IMG/VR virus record: IMGVR_UViG_3300027782_000030
Location: 1 to 64,000 of that record
Direction: 5' to 3' (one strand)
DNA: 64,000 nucleotides
Source: a virus
Taxonomy: Duplodnaviria; Caudoviricetes
Below the pieces are notes generated by a model. The model was not told where the DNA came from and made no database searches. It worked only from the letters and a program-made list of their open reading frames with translations. Each line of letters starts with the position of its first letter. The first letter of the stretch is position 1. This document shows, piece by piece, positions 25,365 to 35,260 of this stretch. Both the position numbers and the translations under genes were made by a program.

Positions 25365-26036
25365 ATGCCAAAAATAAATTATTTTTTAGATTCATACAAA
25401 TATTTTTGCCAATTAAACCAAGAGCCAATCACAGGTTCCGTATTAGACTATGGCTGTAACTATGGTAGATTTTTAGAAAGTAGCAGAAGTTTATTCCCTG
25501 AAAACATGTACACTGGCATAGATGTAGATTTACAAGCTTTACAAGCTGGGGAGATAATGTTTCCAAATGCAAAATTTATTCATTATGACAAACATAATTT
25601 TATGTACAATCCAACCGGGGCTAAAAGCTTTTGGCCCGAGATTAATGACCAATTTGACTGTATTATAAGCTATAGCGTTATAACGCATACCACAAAAGAA
25701 GACATGTTAGATGCTATTGCATGGCTCTATACTAAGTTGAAATCAGGTAAAAAAATGTTTATTACTTGGTTAGATCATGAAAATAAAATAGCTTTAGCTT
25801 ACTTTTATCAAAAACGTATGAAAGATTTTGGTAGTTGTGATAGGATTCAAACAGAAGATTACGTTTACCTCATTGACAATAAAACATCCAAAGTACCCAA
25901 TGATGGAATGTTTTTAGCTTTTTACAAAAAAGAATATTTGGCTAGCTTGTTGTCCGATTATAATTTTTCTTTAGAGCAATCACCTGATTTTACTAATAGA
26001 TGTTTTCAAGACTGTATAATTATAAAGAAAATATAA
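25365..26036 (+). CDS. Class I SAM-dependent methyltransferase
   Basis: VLDYGCNYG, YTGIDVD, YSVITHT. Confidence 0.82.
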   Translation: MPKINYFLDSYKYFCQLNQEPITGSVLDYGCNYGRFLESSRSLFPENMYTGIDVDLQALQAGEIMFPNAKFIHYDKHNFMYNPTGAKSFWPEINDQFDCIISYSVITHTTKEDMLDAIAWLYTKLKSGKKMFITWLDHENKIALAYFYQKRMKDFGSCDRIQTEDYVYLIDNKTSKVPNDGMFLAFYKKEYLASLLSDYNFSLEQSPDFTNRCFQDCIIIKKI

Positions 26037-26569
26037 TGAAATATTATTTTAAAGTTAATTTTTTAGAGACTAGGAAGTACACTGATTATTTTTTAAAATT
26101 AATTTCCTCGACAGTTTTTATTAATAACAGTGTTGCTTCGGTGTCATTTAATATCAATGATCCGATGATAAAAGAAATTTCTTCAACATTGAAAGAACTG
26201 CAATTACCTATGATTGGTCAATTTATATTTTTTAAACATCACCGTAATCAAGATATACACAAAGAAGATATCAGATGTAGTTTAAATTTGCCTTTAATAG
26301 GATATGAAAACTCATTGATGCATTTTTATCAAATTAATGCTTTACCTATAAAGAAAAAAAGTGCTTATTATTATAAAGAAACTGATGAAAAAACAATAAT
26401 AGAGACTTTACCAGGTACAAACGAATGGGTTTTGGTTGATTCTTCCGTACCACATTGCATTGTTAACAGCGATTTTAATAATCCTAGATGTACGATAGCC
26501 TTAAGATTTTTAGGAAACCCGACACTGGAAGAATTGAAATTTAAAATTAAACAATTACAGCAACATTAA
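26000..26569 (+). CDS. 2OG-Fe(II) oxygenase-like protein
   Basis: IHKED...SLNLPL...PHCIVN...RCTIALRF; likely start MKYYFK. Confidence 0.55.
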   Translation: MFSRLYNYKENIMKYYFKVNFLETRKYTDYFLKLISSTVFINNSVASVSFNINDPMIKEISSTLKELQLPMIGQFIFFKHHRNQDIHKEDIRCSLNLPLIGYENSLMHFYQINALPIKKKSAYYYKETDEKTIIETLPGTNEWVLVDSSVPHCIVNSDFNNPRCTIALRFLGNPTLEELKFKIKQLQQH

Positions 26570-28024
26570 TTTTTCATAATATTGATTTTTTAATATTACC
26601 GTTTTTTCATCTAATTTTTTACCAAATGATTCAAAAGTTAAAGTATCATCTTGTAGAAATTTAAATAAATCTTCCATAGTATATCCTAAATTAAGAATTC
26701 TTCCTACCCAAGTAGCAGCGCCAAATTTATTTTTCTTTTGAACTCTTGGGTCGTTTCTAATATCTTTTACTAAAGCAACTGCTTCTTGAAAAGTCATATC
26801 ATCATTTTCCCACGGACGATCCTTTTCTATTTTAAACCCGAATTTTTTAGGATCCCTATCTATTTTACTAGAATTTCTTCCATCTGGAGAGTCTCTAACA
26901 GTAAGAGGCAAAAATCCAAATACATCAAGAGGACAATCATCACTAACTAAGTAATCTACGCTAGCCAGTATACTTTCCCTACTTTCACCAGGAAGTCCGG
27001 CAATAAAAGTACTACTCGCAATAATATTATTTTTCCATAACTCATTACAATAACTTAAAGTTTCTTTAATTCTATTTGGGCCCAGTCCTTTACCTATTTT
27101 TTTACCTGCTTCTTCATTAAGTGTTTCTATGCCAAAGTGAAGACTTTTTGCACCGCTTTCCAAAAGCAATTCTCTCATCTCAGGAAACTTCCAAATTAAA
27201 TCTAATCTCGCATAACTAGTATATGTTAATTTAAATGGTAATTTAGTTAATACACTATGTATGAATTCCATTTTAGGGACACTTTCATTGATTAGTTCAT
27301 CAGTAAACATATAATGAGTAGTGCCATATAGTTCATAATTTCTAAGTAATTCTGATTTTAAAGTTTCTCCATTTTTTTGCCAATCACCTGCTTTTTTGCC
27401 GATCAGGTCAAATCTGCAAAATGCACAACTAAAAATGCATCCTCTGGCTATTTCTACAGGTAATGATTCCCCTTGAAAAATGATATCATGGGGTTCATAT
27501 ATGATTTGACTATGAGCAAATTGTTCTTGAGTATAAAAATAATCATTTCCATCGATATATGCACATTGATCTTTTTTCATTATTTTTATATCATCACCGT
27601 CTTTGAGATGTTTAATCAATTTAATTATAACATTATCAGCCTTGTTTAGTATTATGTAATCAGTTCCTTCCCAAAAACAATTATCGGTTAGTCTTGCTCC
27701 TCCTAAACAAATTTTAACTTTTGAGTTTTTAGATTTAGCATAATTGGCTATACTAGTAAATTCTTCATTAGGTCTTCCAAAATTCAAAACTTTTCCGTTG
27801 ATTCTTTTTTCCATCAAAGTAGCACCAAACCCCACTAACAAAGTATCTTTGGTTACAAATTTGTCAATGATTTTTTCTAACTGGCTATATTGATAAAAAC
27901 TAAAAAGATCGATAACTTGGCAGGTGTAACCATGTTTTCTTATTTCAGTAGCTACTTTATAAGTACCTGCATATTTTCCATATCCATATGTATCAGCAAC
28001 GTCAGTAAATAATATTATCTGCAT
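26555..28024 (-). CDS. B12-binding radical SAM protein (class B methyltransferase-like)
   Basis: N-terminal cobalamin-binding-like domain; EIARGCIFSCAFC, FTDE, FGIETL. Confidence 0.85.
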   Translation of the reverse strand: MQIILFTDVADTYGYGKYAGTYKVATEIRKHGYTCQVIDLFSFYQYSQLEKIIDKFVTKDTLLVGFGATLMEKRINGKVLNFGRPNEEFTSIANYAKSKNSKVKICLGGARLTDNCFWEGTDYIILNKADNVIIKLIKHLKDGDDIKIMKKDQCAYIDGNDYFYTQEQFAHSQIIYEPHDIIFQGESLPVEIARGCIFSCAFCRFDLIGKKAGDWQKNGETLKSELLRNYELYGTTHYMFTDELINESVPKMEFIHSVLTKLPFKLTYTSYARLDLIWKFPEMRELLLESGAKSLHFGIETLNEEAGKKIGKGLGPNRIKETLSYCNELWKNNIIASSTFIAGLPGESRESILASVDYLVSDDCPLDVFGFLPLTVRDSPDGRNSSKIDRDPKKFGFKIEKDRPWENDDMTFQEAVALVKDIRNDPRVQKKNKFGAATWVGRILNLGYTMEDLFKFLQDDTLTFESFGKKLDEKTVILKNQYYEKLMLL

Positions 28025-28049
28025 GTCATATTTCGATTGGTAAAAAGCC

Positions 28050-28071
28050 GTAGATAAATATACTTATCTAC
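28050..28071. promoter_or_regulatory. Palindromic divergent late-promoter element
   Basis: GTAGATAA-ATATAC-TTATCTAC; GATAAATA on +, GATAAGTA on -. Confidence 0.5.
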
Positions 28072-28093
28072 AGTAGCGGTATTAGATAATTAA

Positions 28094-28597
28094 ATGATAA
28101 AAATATTAGATCAAATTGAAGTAAGTAAAGTTTTAGAGGCATATTATGCTCTAGAAAACGGGATAGTTTGGACTGAATATGGTCAGAATAGTAGACAGAC
28201 AGGTCTTCAATATAAATTAGATGAGGATCCTTGGACAAGCGGTGTAGGTAAAAGTAAGGGACATGAGTTAGAGTATGATATAATTAATCCCTTTTTTAAA
28301 GACACAATATTTGAAAATATTATTGAAAAGTATTCTTTAAAAAGAGCTAGGTTCATGTGGCTTGGACCACATTCTTGTTATAGTATGCATAGGGATTATA
28401 CAATAAGGATTCATATTCCAATAATAACAAATCCAGACTGCTATTTTGTTTTTAAATTAGGGGAAGTTATTCATTTGCCAGTTGACAGTGTTTATCAAGT
28501 TACTACTACTCAACTTCATACTTTTATTAATTGTTCCAACAGCTATCGATTACATTTAATAGGAATACCAACATTTGCTAATATTAGGTCAAGTTAA
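28094..28597 (+). CDS. Aspartyl/asparaginyl beta-hydroxylase-like 2OG oxygenase
   Basis: RARFM...MHRD...RIHIPIITNP...LHTFIN...RLHLIG. Confidence 0.75.
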   Translation: MIKILDQIEVSKVLEAYYALENGIVWTEYGQNSRQTGLQYKLDEDPWTSGVGKSKGHELEYDIINPFFKDTIFENIIEKYSLKRARFMWLGPHSCYSMHRDYTIRIHIPIITNPDCYFVFKLGEVIHLPVDSVYQVTTTQLHTFINCSNSYRLHLIGIPTFANIRSS

Positions 28598-28602
28598 GTA
28601 AA

Positions 28603-29229
28603 ATGTTTACAATTAAAAGTATTTTTGATAATGATTATTATCTAACGCATAAATCTCAATTATTGAATTATTTTTATAATGTTTATCAGGAAAAGACCTA
28701 TCCTAGCCATATTAATATGTGGGATGAAAATTGGGAAAAAAAAAATTTCACTTTGCCTTACTTAATTTACAAAAGTGAAAGGTTTATAAATGGACATGGT
28801 GACATGCATATTATACTCGATGAGCAAGAAAATATTATTGCCAATGCAGGAGTCAACATATCTGATTTCGATCCTTATGTAGCTTTAGCCGGTGTTAGAT
28901 CTTGGGTAAATAAAAAGTATAGAACACAACTTTTAATAGCCAAATATATTTTACCTAAGCAATTGAGTTGGGCGAAAGAAAAAAATTTAAAAAGCATTGC
29001 CATATCGTTTAATGACTATAATAAAAATTTAGTAAAGTATATAACAAGATCAGGACTAGGTATTAAGAAAAGAAGAGGGCCACATAGTATGTTTTATAAT
29101 GGACATCATGAAGTTGAATTCCCAGTAACTATTAACTATGCTAAACAATGGGTTGTATATCATAAAATAGACGAGGATTATATCCCAAATTGGGAATCAA
29201 TAAAATATATAGAAAATGAAAATGAATAA
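28603..29229 (+). CDS. Hypothetical protein, GNAT-like
   Basis: IIANAGV...GVRSWVNKKYR pattern. Confidence 0.5.
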   Translation: MFTIKSIFDNDYYLTHKSQLLNYFYNVYQEKTYPSHINMWDENWEKKNFTLPYLIYKSERFINGHGDMHIILDEQENIIANAGVNISDFDPYVALAGVRSWVNKKYRTQLLIAKYILPKQLSWAKEKNLKSIAISFNDYNKNLVKYITRSGLGIKKRRGPHSMFYNGHHEVEFPVTINYAKQWVVYHKIDEDYIPNWESIKYIENENE

Positions 29230-29989
29230 ACTTATCTCTAATAATACACTAGTAACCCAACTTTTTTTAATTATAGCAATTATAGGAGGGATCTTTGGAA
29301 TCTATGTTTATGAAATTACCATAAACAACTTAATTTTAATTATCGTTGGGTATTTTTTATACAGTTGCTTAGGCATTGTAGTAACATTTCATAGGCAATT
29401 GACTCACCAAAGTTATAATACGTATCCTATACTAAATAACTTCTTTAGTTTTTTAGGTTGTATGGCTAATACTGGAAGCTCAATATCGTGGGTTGCCACA
29501 CATATCAAACACCATTTGCATTCTGATAGACCGGGCGATCCACATAGTCCATGGATTTCAAAATGGAGAATATTCCTTCTTGATTACCCCAGTGACAGTG
29601 AAATCAAATGGAGAATGCGTAATCTTATTAGGAATCCCTTTCATTTATTTTTACATAGATATTACAATCTTTTAATTATCTCGTATAGTTTGGTATTGTT
29701 TGTAGTAGGAGGCTGGGAATTAATGATATTTTTACATTGGATCCCAAGTATAATAGTAGCATTAATGAGCAATATTGTGAACTATGCAGGACATAAAGAT
29801 AATTGGTACGGGTCATATAGAAACTTTAATCTAAATGATCATAGTGCTAATAGTTGGATATTTGCTATACCGAGTTGGGGAGAAACTTGGCATAATAATC
29901 ATCATAGATATCCAAAGAAATATACCACTAGATATCGTTGGTATGAATTAGATATATCTGGTTTAATTATACAACTTATTAAAAAATGA
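29216..29989 (+). CDS. Delta-9-type fatty acid desaturase
   Basis: His boxes HRQLTH, HIKHH, HNNHH; transmembrane helices. Confidence 0.9.
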   Translation: MKMNKLISNNTLVTQLFLIIAIIGGIFGIYVYEITINNLILIIVGYFLYSCLGIVVTFHRQLTHQSYNTYPILNNFFSFLGCMANTGSSISWVATHIKHHLHSDRPGDPHSPWISKWRIFLLDYPSDSEIKWRMRNLIRNPFHLFLHRYYNLLIISYSLVLFVVGGWELMIFLHWIPSIIVALMSNIVNYAGHKDNWYGSYRNFNLNDHSANSWIFAIPSWGETWHNNHHRYPKKYTTRYRWYELDISGLIIQLIKK

Positions 29990-30027
29990 GGTAAAAAATG
30001 AATTATTCAATATTATCAAAAATAAAT

Positions 30028-30939
30028 TTATTTGATATTTAAATCGTTAAGAATTTTTTGATGTTGTTTTAAAATTTTTATGCTTTCAATTTTAGCAGCC
30101 TCACCAAATATGCCAATTGGGATAGACCCTTTACTTAGCATATCTCTTCTAGTCTCTGCTGAATTCATTTCAGTTTGAAAGTCATTGATAATTTTTTCTT
30201 TAACAGATAAAGGTAATGACTTATCAACAACTACCCCTAAAGTTAATTGCGTTGGAAATTTTTCTTTATACTCTTCGACCCAAGTATTAACCTTTACACC
30301 CGTAAAAGAAATATCGTGAGTAGAAATTATTAAATTTATTTTGTCATTATTGATGAAAGAGAGTATTGTAGGTAAATTTGCAAAATAGCAATCTACATGT
30401 CCTCCCAACAAATCAAGTGTTGGTTTATTTCCACCCGTAATATAGTTAACTATTTGATGATCTTTGTTTATTTTATTAAAAAATATTTTAGAAGTTATTT
30501 CTTCTACCCCGTTAACAGCGGTACTTGCAAAATTCAAATCCTTTTTATAATTTGATATATCACGAACATTTTTAAATCCCAAATCTGTCCTACATGCTAA
30601 TACAGCCGGACTTGATGCAATTAATCCAATTATCTCAAGGTCATCTACATTGTAAATTAAATTTTCCTTATATATAATTTTATTAGTAACAAATGTATTT
30701 TCCATGACAACGAATGACATAGATTTTTTTTCTTGCATTTCTCGTATACCAAGCTGACCGTTTGCCCCTGGTTTATTAGTAACTATATAATTTAATGATA
30801 ACTTATTTTTTATCAATGCTCTAGCTATAATATCAGTATTACCACCAACCGCATACCCAACAATTAGTTCTTGTTGACGATTAGCAAAGCTATTTGTTAT
30901 TAACCCAAAAATTAAAACTAATTTAATTAGAACTTTCAT
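30028..30939 (-). CDS. Bug/TctC-family substrate-binding protein
   Basis: Signal peptide; VGYAVGGNTDIIAR, NKPGANG, DLLGGHVD. Confidence 0.82.
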   Translation of the reverse strand: MKVLIKLVLIFGLITNSFANRQQELIVGYAVGGNTDIIARALIKNKLSLNYIVTNKPGANGQLGIREMQEKKSMSFVVMENTFVTNKIIYKENLIYNVDDLEIIGLIASSPAVLACRTDLGFKNVRDISNYKKDLNFASTAVNGVEEITSKIFFNKINKDHQIVNYITGGNKPTLDLLGGHVDCYFANLPTILSFINNDKINLIISTHDISFTGVKVNTWVEEYKEKFPTQLTLGVVVDKSLPLSVKEKIINDFQTEMNSAETRRDMLSKGSIPIGIFGEAAKIESIKILKQHQKILNDLNIK

Positions 30940-32077
30940 TTTTCATTTTTCCTACTCTGTAAATTTTTTTAAATGATACGAGGCCCTCAGGACCGTTGTC
31001 ATTTGTATACACATATTTACTAGCCATTTTAACCATAGAGTTTATTCCCTCTTTCCAAATTTGGTAGGCTCTAGATTCTGTATGGTTGATTAAAAACCAA
31101 TGGTCATACTCTCTATTCCAATCTAAGATTGGCTTATCAGCTTGAAACCAATTATTATTCCAAGTTGAATAAATTATATTTCTCAGCATTTTCTCATGAA
31201 TAAGATTATAAACTTTAGTACCAATTGGTACAGTCCAAATTTTTTGATGTACAGGATTTAACTCTAAGTATTTTTTAATAACATGTGCTTGTTTACATAT
31301 TATTTCAAATGCATTTGGGTTCCAGTAAAAATACTCTACTGTTGCATTATCATATCCTTGAAGGTAATTTTCTACCCCCGAATTAGTAGCTCTATCGGTA
31401 AAACCAACAACAAAATCATTAAATTTATTAATAGCAGATCTAGGTTTACATACACCTAATATTACACCAATTTTTTGATTTTTATCTAAAACTTTTCTTA
31501 CATCATCAATAGCAGCAATATCCCACCTGACCCCACTGACCGGGCTTAGTAATTCTCTCCGATTTTCAATCCATCCATCGTCATTGCTTTTTAAATAAGA
31601 ATCAAAGACATGGTCAGTTAAATCCGATACCGTAATTTTTATATCAGGATATAAATTGTGAATATCTTTCAGCCTAGGTATTGTTTGTAAAACATGCTCA
31701 GAATATAATGAATTGGATGAAGATTGATCGTTTTTATCTAAGTTTTTTACTGAAACTGTTCCTTTTTCAAAATGAATAACTAGCAGTTCATCAACCTTTA
31801 AATTTTGACGAAGGAAGCTAGTTAACAAATTATGTGAGTCTGCTCCACCACTATATAGAATTATAATATAATCATATTTTTCCCGCAATTCCCTGGCTCT
31901 TTTGTCATATAACTCATCAAGAGTTTGGTTAGGTTCTACTGTCCAATCAAATTTATCAAAAGCATTATCATAAAACGCCCATTCTACTTCTTGATTAGTT
32001 TCGGTAGCATGAATGCAAGCTAAAATTTTATTAGTAAATGTTTTAGATCCTACACGGTAGTAGCTGTTATTTTTCAT
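30923..32077 (-). CDS. PP-loop (N-type ATP pyrophosphatase / asparagine-synthase-like) protein
   Basis: LYSGGADSHN motif. Confidence 0.7.
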   Translation of the reverse strand: MKNNSYYRVGSKTFTNKILACIHATETNQEVEWAFYDNAFDKFDWTVEPNQTLDELYDKRARELREKYDYIIILYSGGADSHNLLTSFLRQNLKVDELLVIHFEKGTVSVKNLDKNDQSSSNSLYSEHVLQTIPRLKDIHNLYPDIKITVSDLTDHVFDSYLKSNDDGWIENRRELLSPVSGVRWDIAAIDDVRKVLDKNQKIGVILGVCKPRSAINKFNDFVVGFTDRATNSGVENYLQGYDNATVEYFYWNPNAFEIICKQAHVIKKYLELNPVHQKIWTVPIGTKVYNLIHEKMLRNIIYSTWNNNWFQADKPILDWNREYDHWFLINHTESRAYQIWKEGINSMVKMASKYVYTNDNGPEGLVSFKKIYRVGKMKNESSN

Positions 32078-32122
32078 ATTATGTATTTATTGAGTAAATA
32101 ATAGTAGTTTATATTTCATCGA

Positions 32123-33292
32123 ATGAATCCAAAAACCTGTATGTTTCCTTTCACTTCATTGAGTGTGTCGCCCCGAGGCGCAATCAGACCATGCTGCATG
32201 TATAATAGTCCTGATATGCCCACTTGGGAAAATATCAAAGACTTAACATCGGAAGTACCATGGCCTAGCAAATCTATTAAGATACTTCAAGAAAAAATGT
32301 TGAGTGATCGCATAGAAGAATTAACTCCATTGTGCAACTCTTGTTGGGAACCTGAAAATGCAGGACTTGATAGTCATAGATTAAGATACCAAAGATTATT
32401 AGCACTTCCAAATGAAGAGTTAATTAAAACCCCTAAACTAACATTTTTAGATTTACAGTTTGGATACTTATGTAATTTAAGTTGTATTATGTGCCATCCC
32501 GAAGAAAGTTCACAGGTTCAAAAAACAATTTTCAAATTAATAGACAATACTTCAAATACTAAACAAAAAAAAATTTACCAATCTAAGGTAAATTTATATG
32601 ACAACCATGATTGGACTGTAGATGAAAATTCGTATCAAAAAGTTTTGGAATTATGCCAGCCTGTCAAGAATATTAAAATATCAGGGGGAGAGCCATTTTT
32701 TAATCCAAAATTTAAACCTTTCTTAGAATTTTTATTATCAAAAAAAGTTCCAATTGAATACTTACATGTGACCACAAATTTAACTATATACGATAAAGAC
32801 ATTGTTGAACTGTTAAATAGGTTTACTAATGTTAGATTTAGATTCAGTTTAGAATCAATTGAGAAGGAAGATGATTTCCTCAGATGGCCTAGCAGATGGG
32901 AGGACAAACAAGAAAATTTACATGCATATTTAAATCAGTTACACACAAAAAACATTGTTTCTAGTACATGCATTCAAAGTCTAAATTTATTTTCTTTTTT
33001 CAAAACAACCAATTATTTGAAGAATCTAAATTATAATATAACCATTCAACACCAAATCGCTGAAAATTCGTTGGCTGGACTCTATTATTCTGATAAACAA
33101 TATATTCAATATTATTTAAAAAATAATGACACAAATTTTATTTCTAATTACTTAGAAAAAATAATGAATCATAATAATAATTCAGAATTTCAAGTGAATT
33201 ATTTTTTAGATATGGCTAAATTACAAAACAAAAGTATGCAAAATGAATTTCCAATTTGGTATGAATATCATAATAAATACATGTATGAATGA
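32123..33292 (+). CDS. Twitch/SPASM-type radical SAM protein
   Basis: N-terminal C..PF...PCC...CNSC; CNLSCIMC; SGGEPF. Confidence 0.88.
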   Translation: MNPKTCMFPFTSLSVSPRGAIRPCCMYNSPDMPTWENIKDLTSEVPWPSKSIKILQEKMLSDRIEELTPLCNSCWEPENAGLDSHRLRYQRLLALPNEELIKTPKLTFLDLQFGYLCNLSCIMCHPEESSQVQKTIFKLIDNTSNTKQKKIYQSKVNLYDNHDWTVDENSYQKVLELCQPVKNIKISGGEPFFNPKFKPFLEFLLSKKVPIEYLHVTTNLTIYDKDIVELLNRFTNVRFRFSLESIEKEDDFLRWPSRWEDKQENLHAYLNQLHTKNIVSSTCIQSLNLFSFFKTTNYLKNLNYNITIQHQIAENSLAGLYYSDKQYIQYYLKNNDTNFISNYLEKIMNHNNNSEFQVNYFLDMAKLQNKSMQNEFPIWYEYHNKYMYE

Positions 33293-34016
33293 TATTTATA
33301 GGCCCATAACAGGACGTTACGTCTTTAATTCAGAAATTTTAAAAAAAGAAATAGATGAATTAATAAAGAATCGTGCTGAAGAAAGAACATTACCTTTTAA
33401 AAACGGGAGAAGTATTTACGATCCAAATGGATTATTGTCTATTGCGTCCGAATCAGATTTAAATGACACTACAAGATATTATCTTAACGAAAATCAAGAA
33501 AGAGTACCTATTATAGGAAAATTTAAAACTTATCATGTTTTTAATTTAACCTATTTACCTGAGGAACCGGAATCGTTAATAGACATATATAAAAAAGACG
33601 ATCCAAAAAAAACAATTTTTTGGCACAAATATAAAAAACCTTTCACATGGCGAAATGAGCTATTATCAACTGAAATTAAAAAATCTGTGGAACAATTACC
33701 GCTTGAATACATTCAATGTGTAAGATTAATATACATGAGTCCACCTAGTATTGGTCAAATTCATGTTGACAGTCATTATACTTCTAATGTTAGATATTAT
33801 AAAGAAGGATTTGCTAGCATTAGTTTTAACATAGATCATGGTGAAGGGACGTTAAATTATCTAGATAGAAAAGGTGCTCAACATTCGGTTGACAATAATG
33901 TTAAAATTTTTCATTTTGATGACAGTGCGCCTCACGGAGTAACCCCAATTAAAAAAAATAGATATCAATTAAGAATATGGGGCAAATTAGCGATTCCTTA
34001 TGAGGATCTATTTTGA
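33243..34016 (+). CDS. 2OG-Fe(II) oxygenase-like protein
   Basis: IHVD...FDDSAPHGV...RYQLRIWG; likely start MNDIYRP at 33285. Confidence 0.6.
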   Translation: MNFQFGMNIIINTCMNDIYRPITGRYVFNSEILKKEIDELIKNRAEERTLPFKNGRSIYDPNGLLSIASESDLNDTTRYYLNENQERVPIIGKFKTYHVFNLTYLPEEPESLIDIYKKDDPKKTIFWHKYKKPFTWRNELLSTEIKKSVEQLPLEYIQCVRLIYMSPPSIGQIHVDSHYTSNVRYYKEGFASISFNIDHGEGTLNYLDRKGAQHSVDNNVKIFHFDDSAPHGVTPIKKNRYQLRIWGKLAIPYEDLF

Positions 34017-34510
34017 AATATTATTCCCCATTAAAAATTCAATCTAAAATTGTTAAAAATATATTAGATAAGGTTGAGATTTCTAAAGATTCTGATTGGA
34101 TATTTCATTCTACTCAAGATATTTTTTTATTATCAATAGACGATTTTAAATTAGATCCCAAAATAGTGGAAATTATTGAGGAATTTGGGGATAAAAAAAG
34201 AATTGGTGTATATAAATTAGCGCCTAATGTCTGTTATAATTGGCACTTCGATGGAAAACGAAAATCGTCAATAAATATGCTGCTAGACGGGTTTGATAGT
34301 CTTTGTATATTTGGAACTGACATTGGCGATAATAGATTGTCTAATTTAGATGTACTTACATATCATCCAAATACATATTACTTGATGAATGTAAAAGAAC
34401 TGCATACTGTTTTGAATTTTAATAACATGCGATATGTATTAAGTATCAGTTTGCCAAATTACGATTATGAAGACCTTTTAAAAATTTTTGAAATAAAAAA
34501 ATTATTGTAA
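34013..34510 (+). CDS. 2OG-Fe(II) oxygenase-like protein
   Basis: WHFD...SINMLL...LHTVLN...RYVLSIS. Confidence 0.7.
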   Translation: MKYYSPLKIQSKIVKNILDKVEISKDSDWIFHSTQDIFLLSIDDFKLDPKIVEIIEEFGDKKRIGVYKLAPNVCYNWHFDGKRKSSINMLLDGFDSLCIFGTDIGDNRLSNLDVLTYHPNTYYLMNVKELHTVLNFNNMRYVLSISLPNYDYEDLLKIFEIKKLL

Positions 34511-35221
34511 TTTTAATTCAAAATTTTTATTAATTTTATGAAGATATTCATAAAATTCATCATTTAATCTTGATTTATGCCTATTAGTAAATGTAATTAC
34601 TAATGCAATCCTTTTATCTGTTAAAAATTTAGCACCGTGAACAATGTCAGTTCTAAAGTAATACCAAGTTTTTGGTTTTAAAATTGTATTAGTTATTTCT
34701 TTCCACCCTCTTATATCTCGTATATTTTTCATTGTTTCATGTTTATATAACGAGCTATTTGGATCATGGTACCAACTAGTAACAATGTTTTCACCGCCCA
34801 AATCTATAAAATATATAAGTTCACCGGCTCTTCCCATATCAACATGTGGGGTTTGCCAACCAGTTTTTTCTGTGGATTTGGGCCATGTTGTTTGAAGATG
34901 AACCATCCAATCACCTATTGGATCTTCCACCCCGCCATATTTATATGGAAATTCAGAAAGTAAAGGAAAGGTTTTTTTAGCCCATTCAATCATAGGTTCT
35001 AATTCATTTGGATCTAGCTTATGATGTAAGAAATAAGCGATATTTGAAAATCTTCCATCATCAGTATCAACATATGCTCTTCTATTAGGATCATTTAATT
35101 GATCTAGTTCATTAGCTATTAATCGTTGCGGATCAGGTTTATAGTTTTTAGGAACAGGGGTCTCCAAATTTCTATCCCCTAAGTTCATATCCATATAGCA
35201 AAGAATTTTAGAATAGTCCAT
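34502..35221 (-). CDS. 2OG-Fe(II) oxygenase-like protein
   Basis: PHVD...YFIDLGG...FRTDIVHGA...RIALVI. Confidence 0.65.
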   Translation of the reverse strand: MDYSKILCYMDMNLGDRNLETPVPKNYKPDPQRLIANELDQLNDPNRRAYVDTDDGRFSNIAYFLHHKLDPNELEPMIEWAKKTFPLLSEFPYKYGGVEDPIGDWMVHLQTTWPKSTEKTGWQTPHVDMGRAGELIYFIDLGGENIVTSWYHDPNSSLYKHETMKNIRDIRGWKEITNTILKPKTWYYFRTDIVHGAKFLTDKRIALVITFTNRHKSRLNDEFYEYLHKINKNFELKLQ

Positions 35222-35228
35222 TTTGTCT

Positions 35229-35246
35229 CATAAATATCTATTTATA
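35229..35246. promoter_or_regulatory. Back-to-back late promoters
   Basis: CATAAATA (+) and TATAAATA (-) between divergent genes. Confidence 0.6.
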
Positions 35247-35260
35247 ATAAGAGAAGTTAA

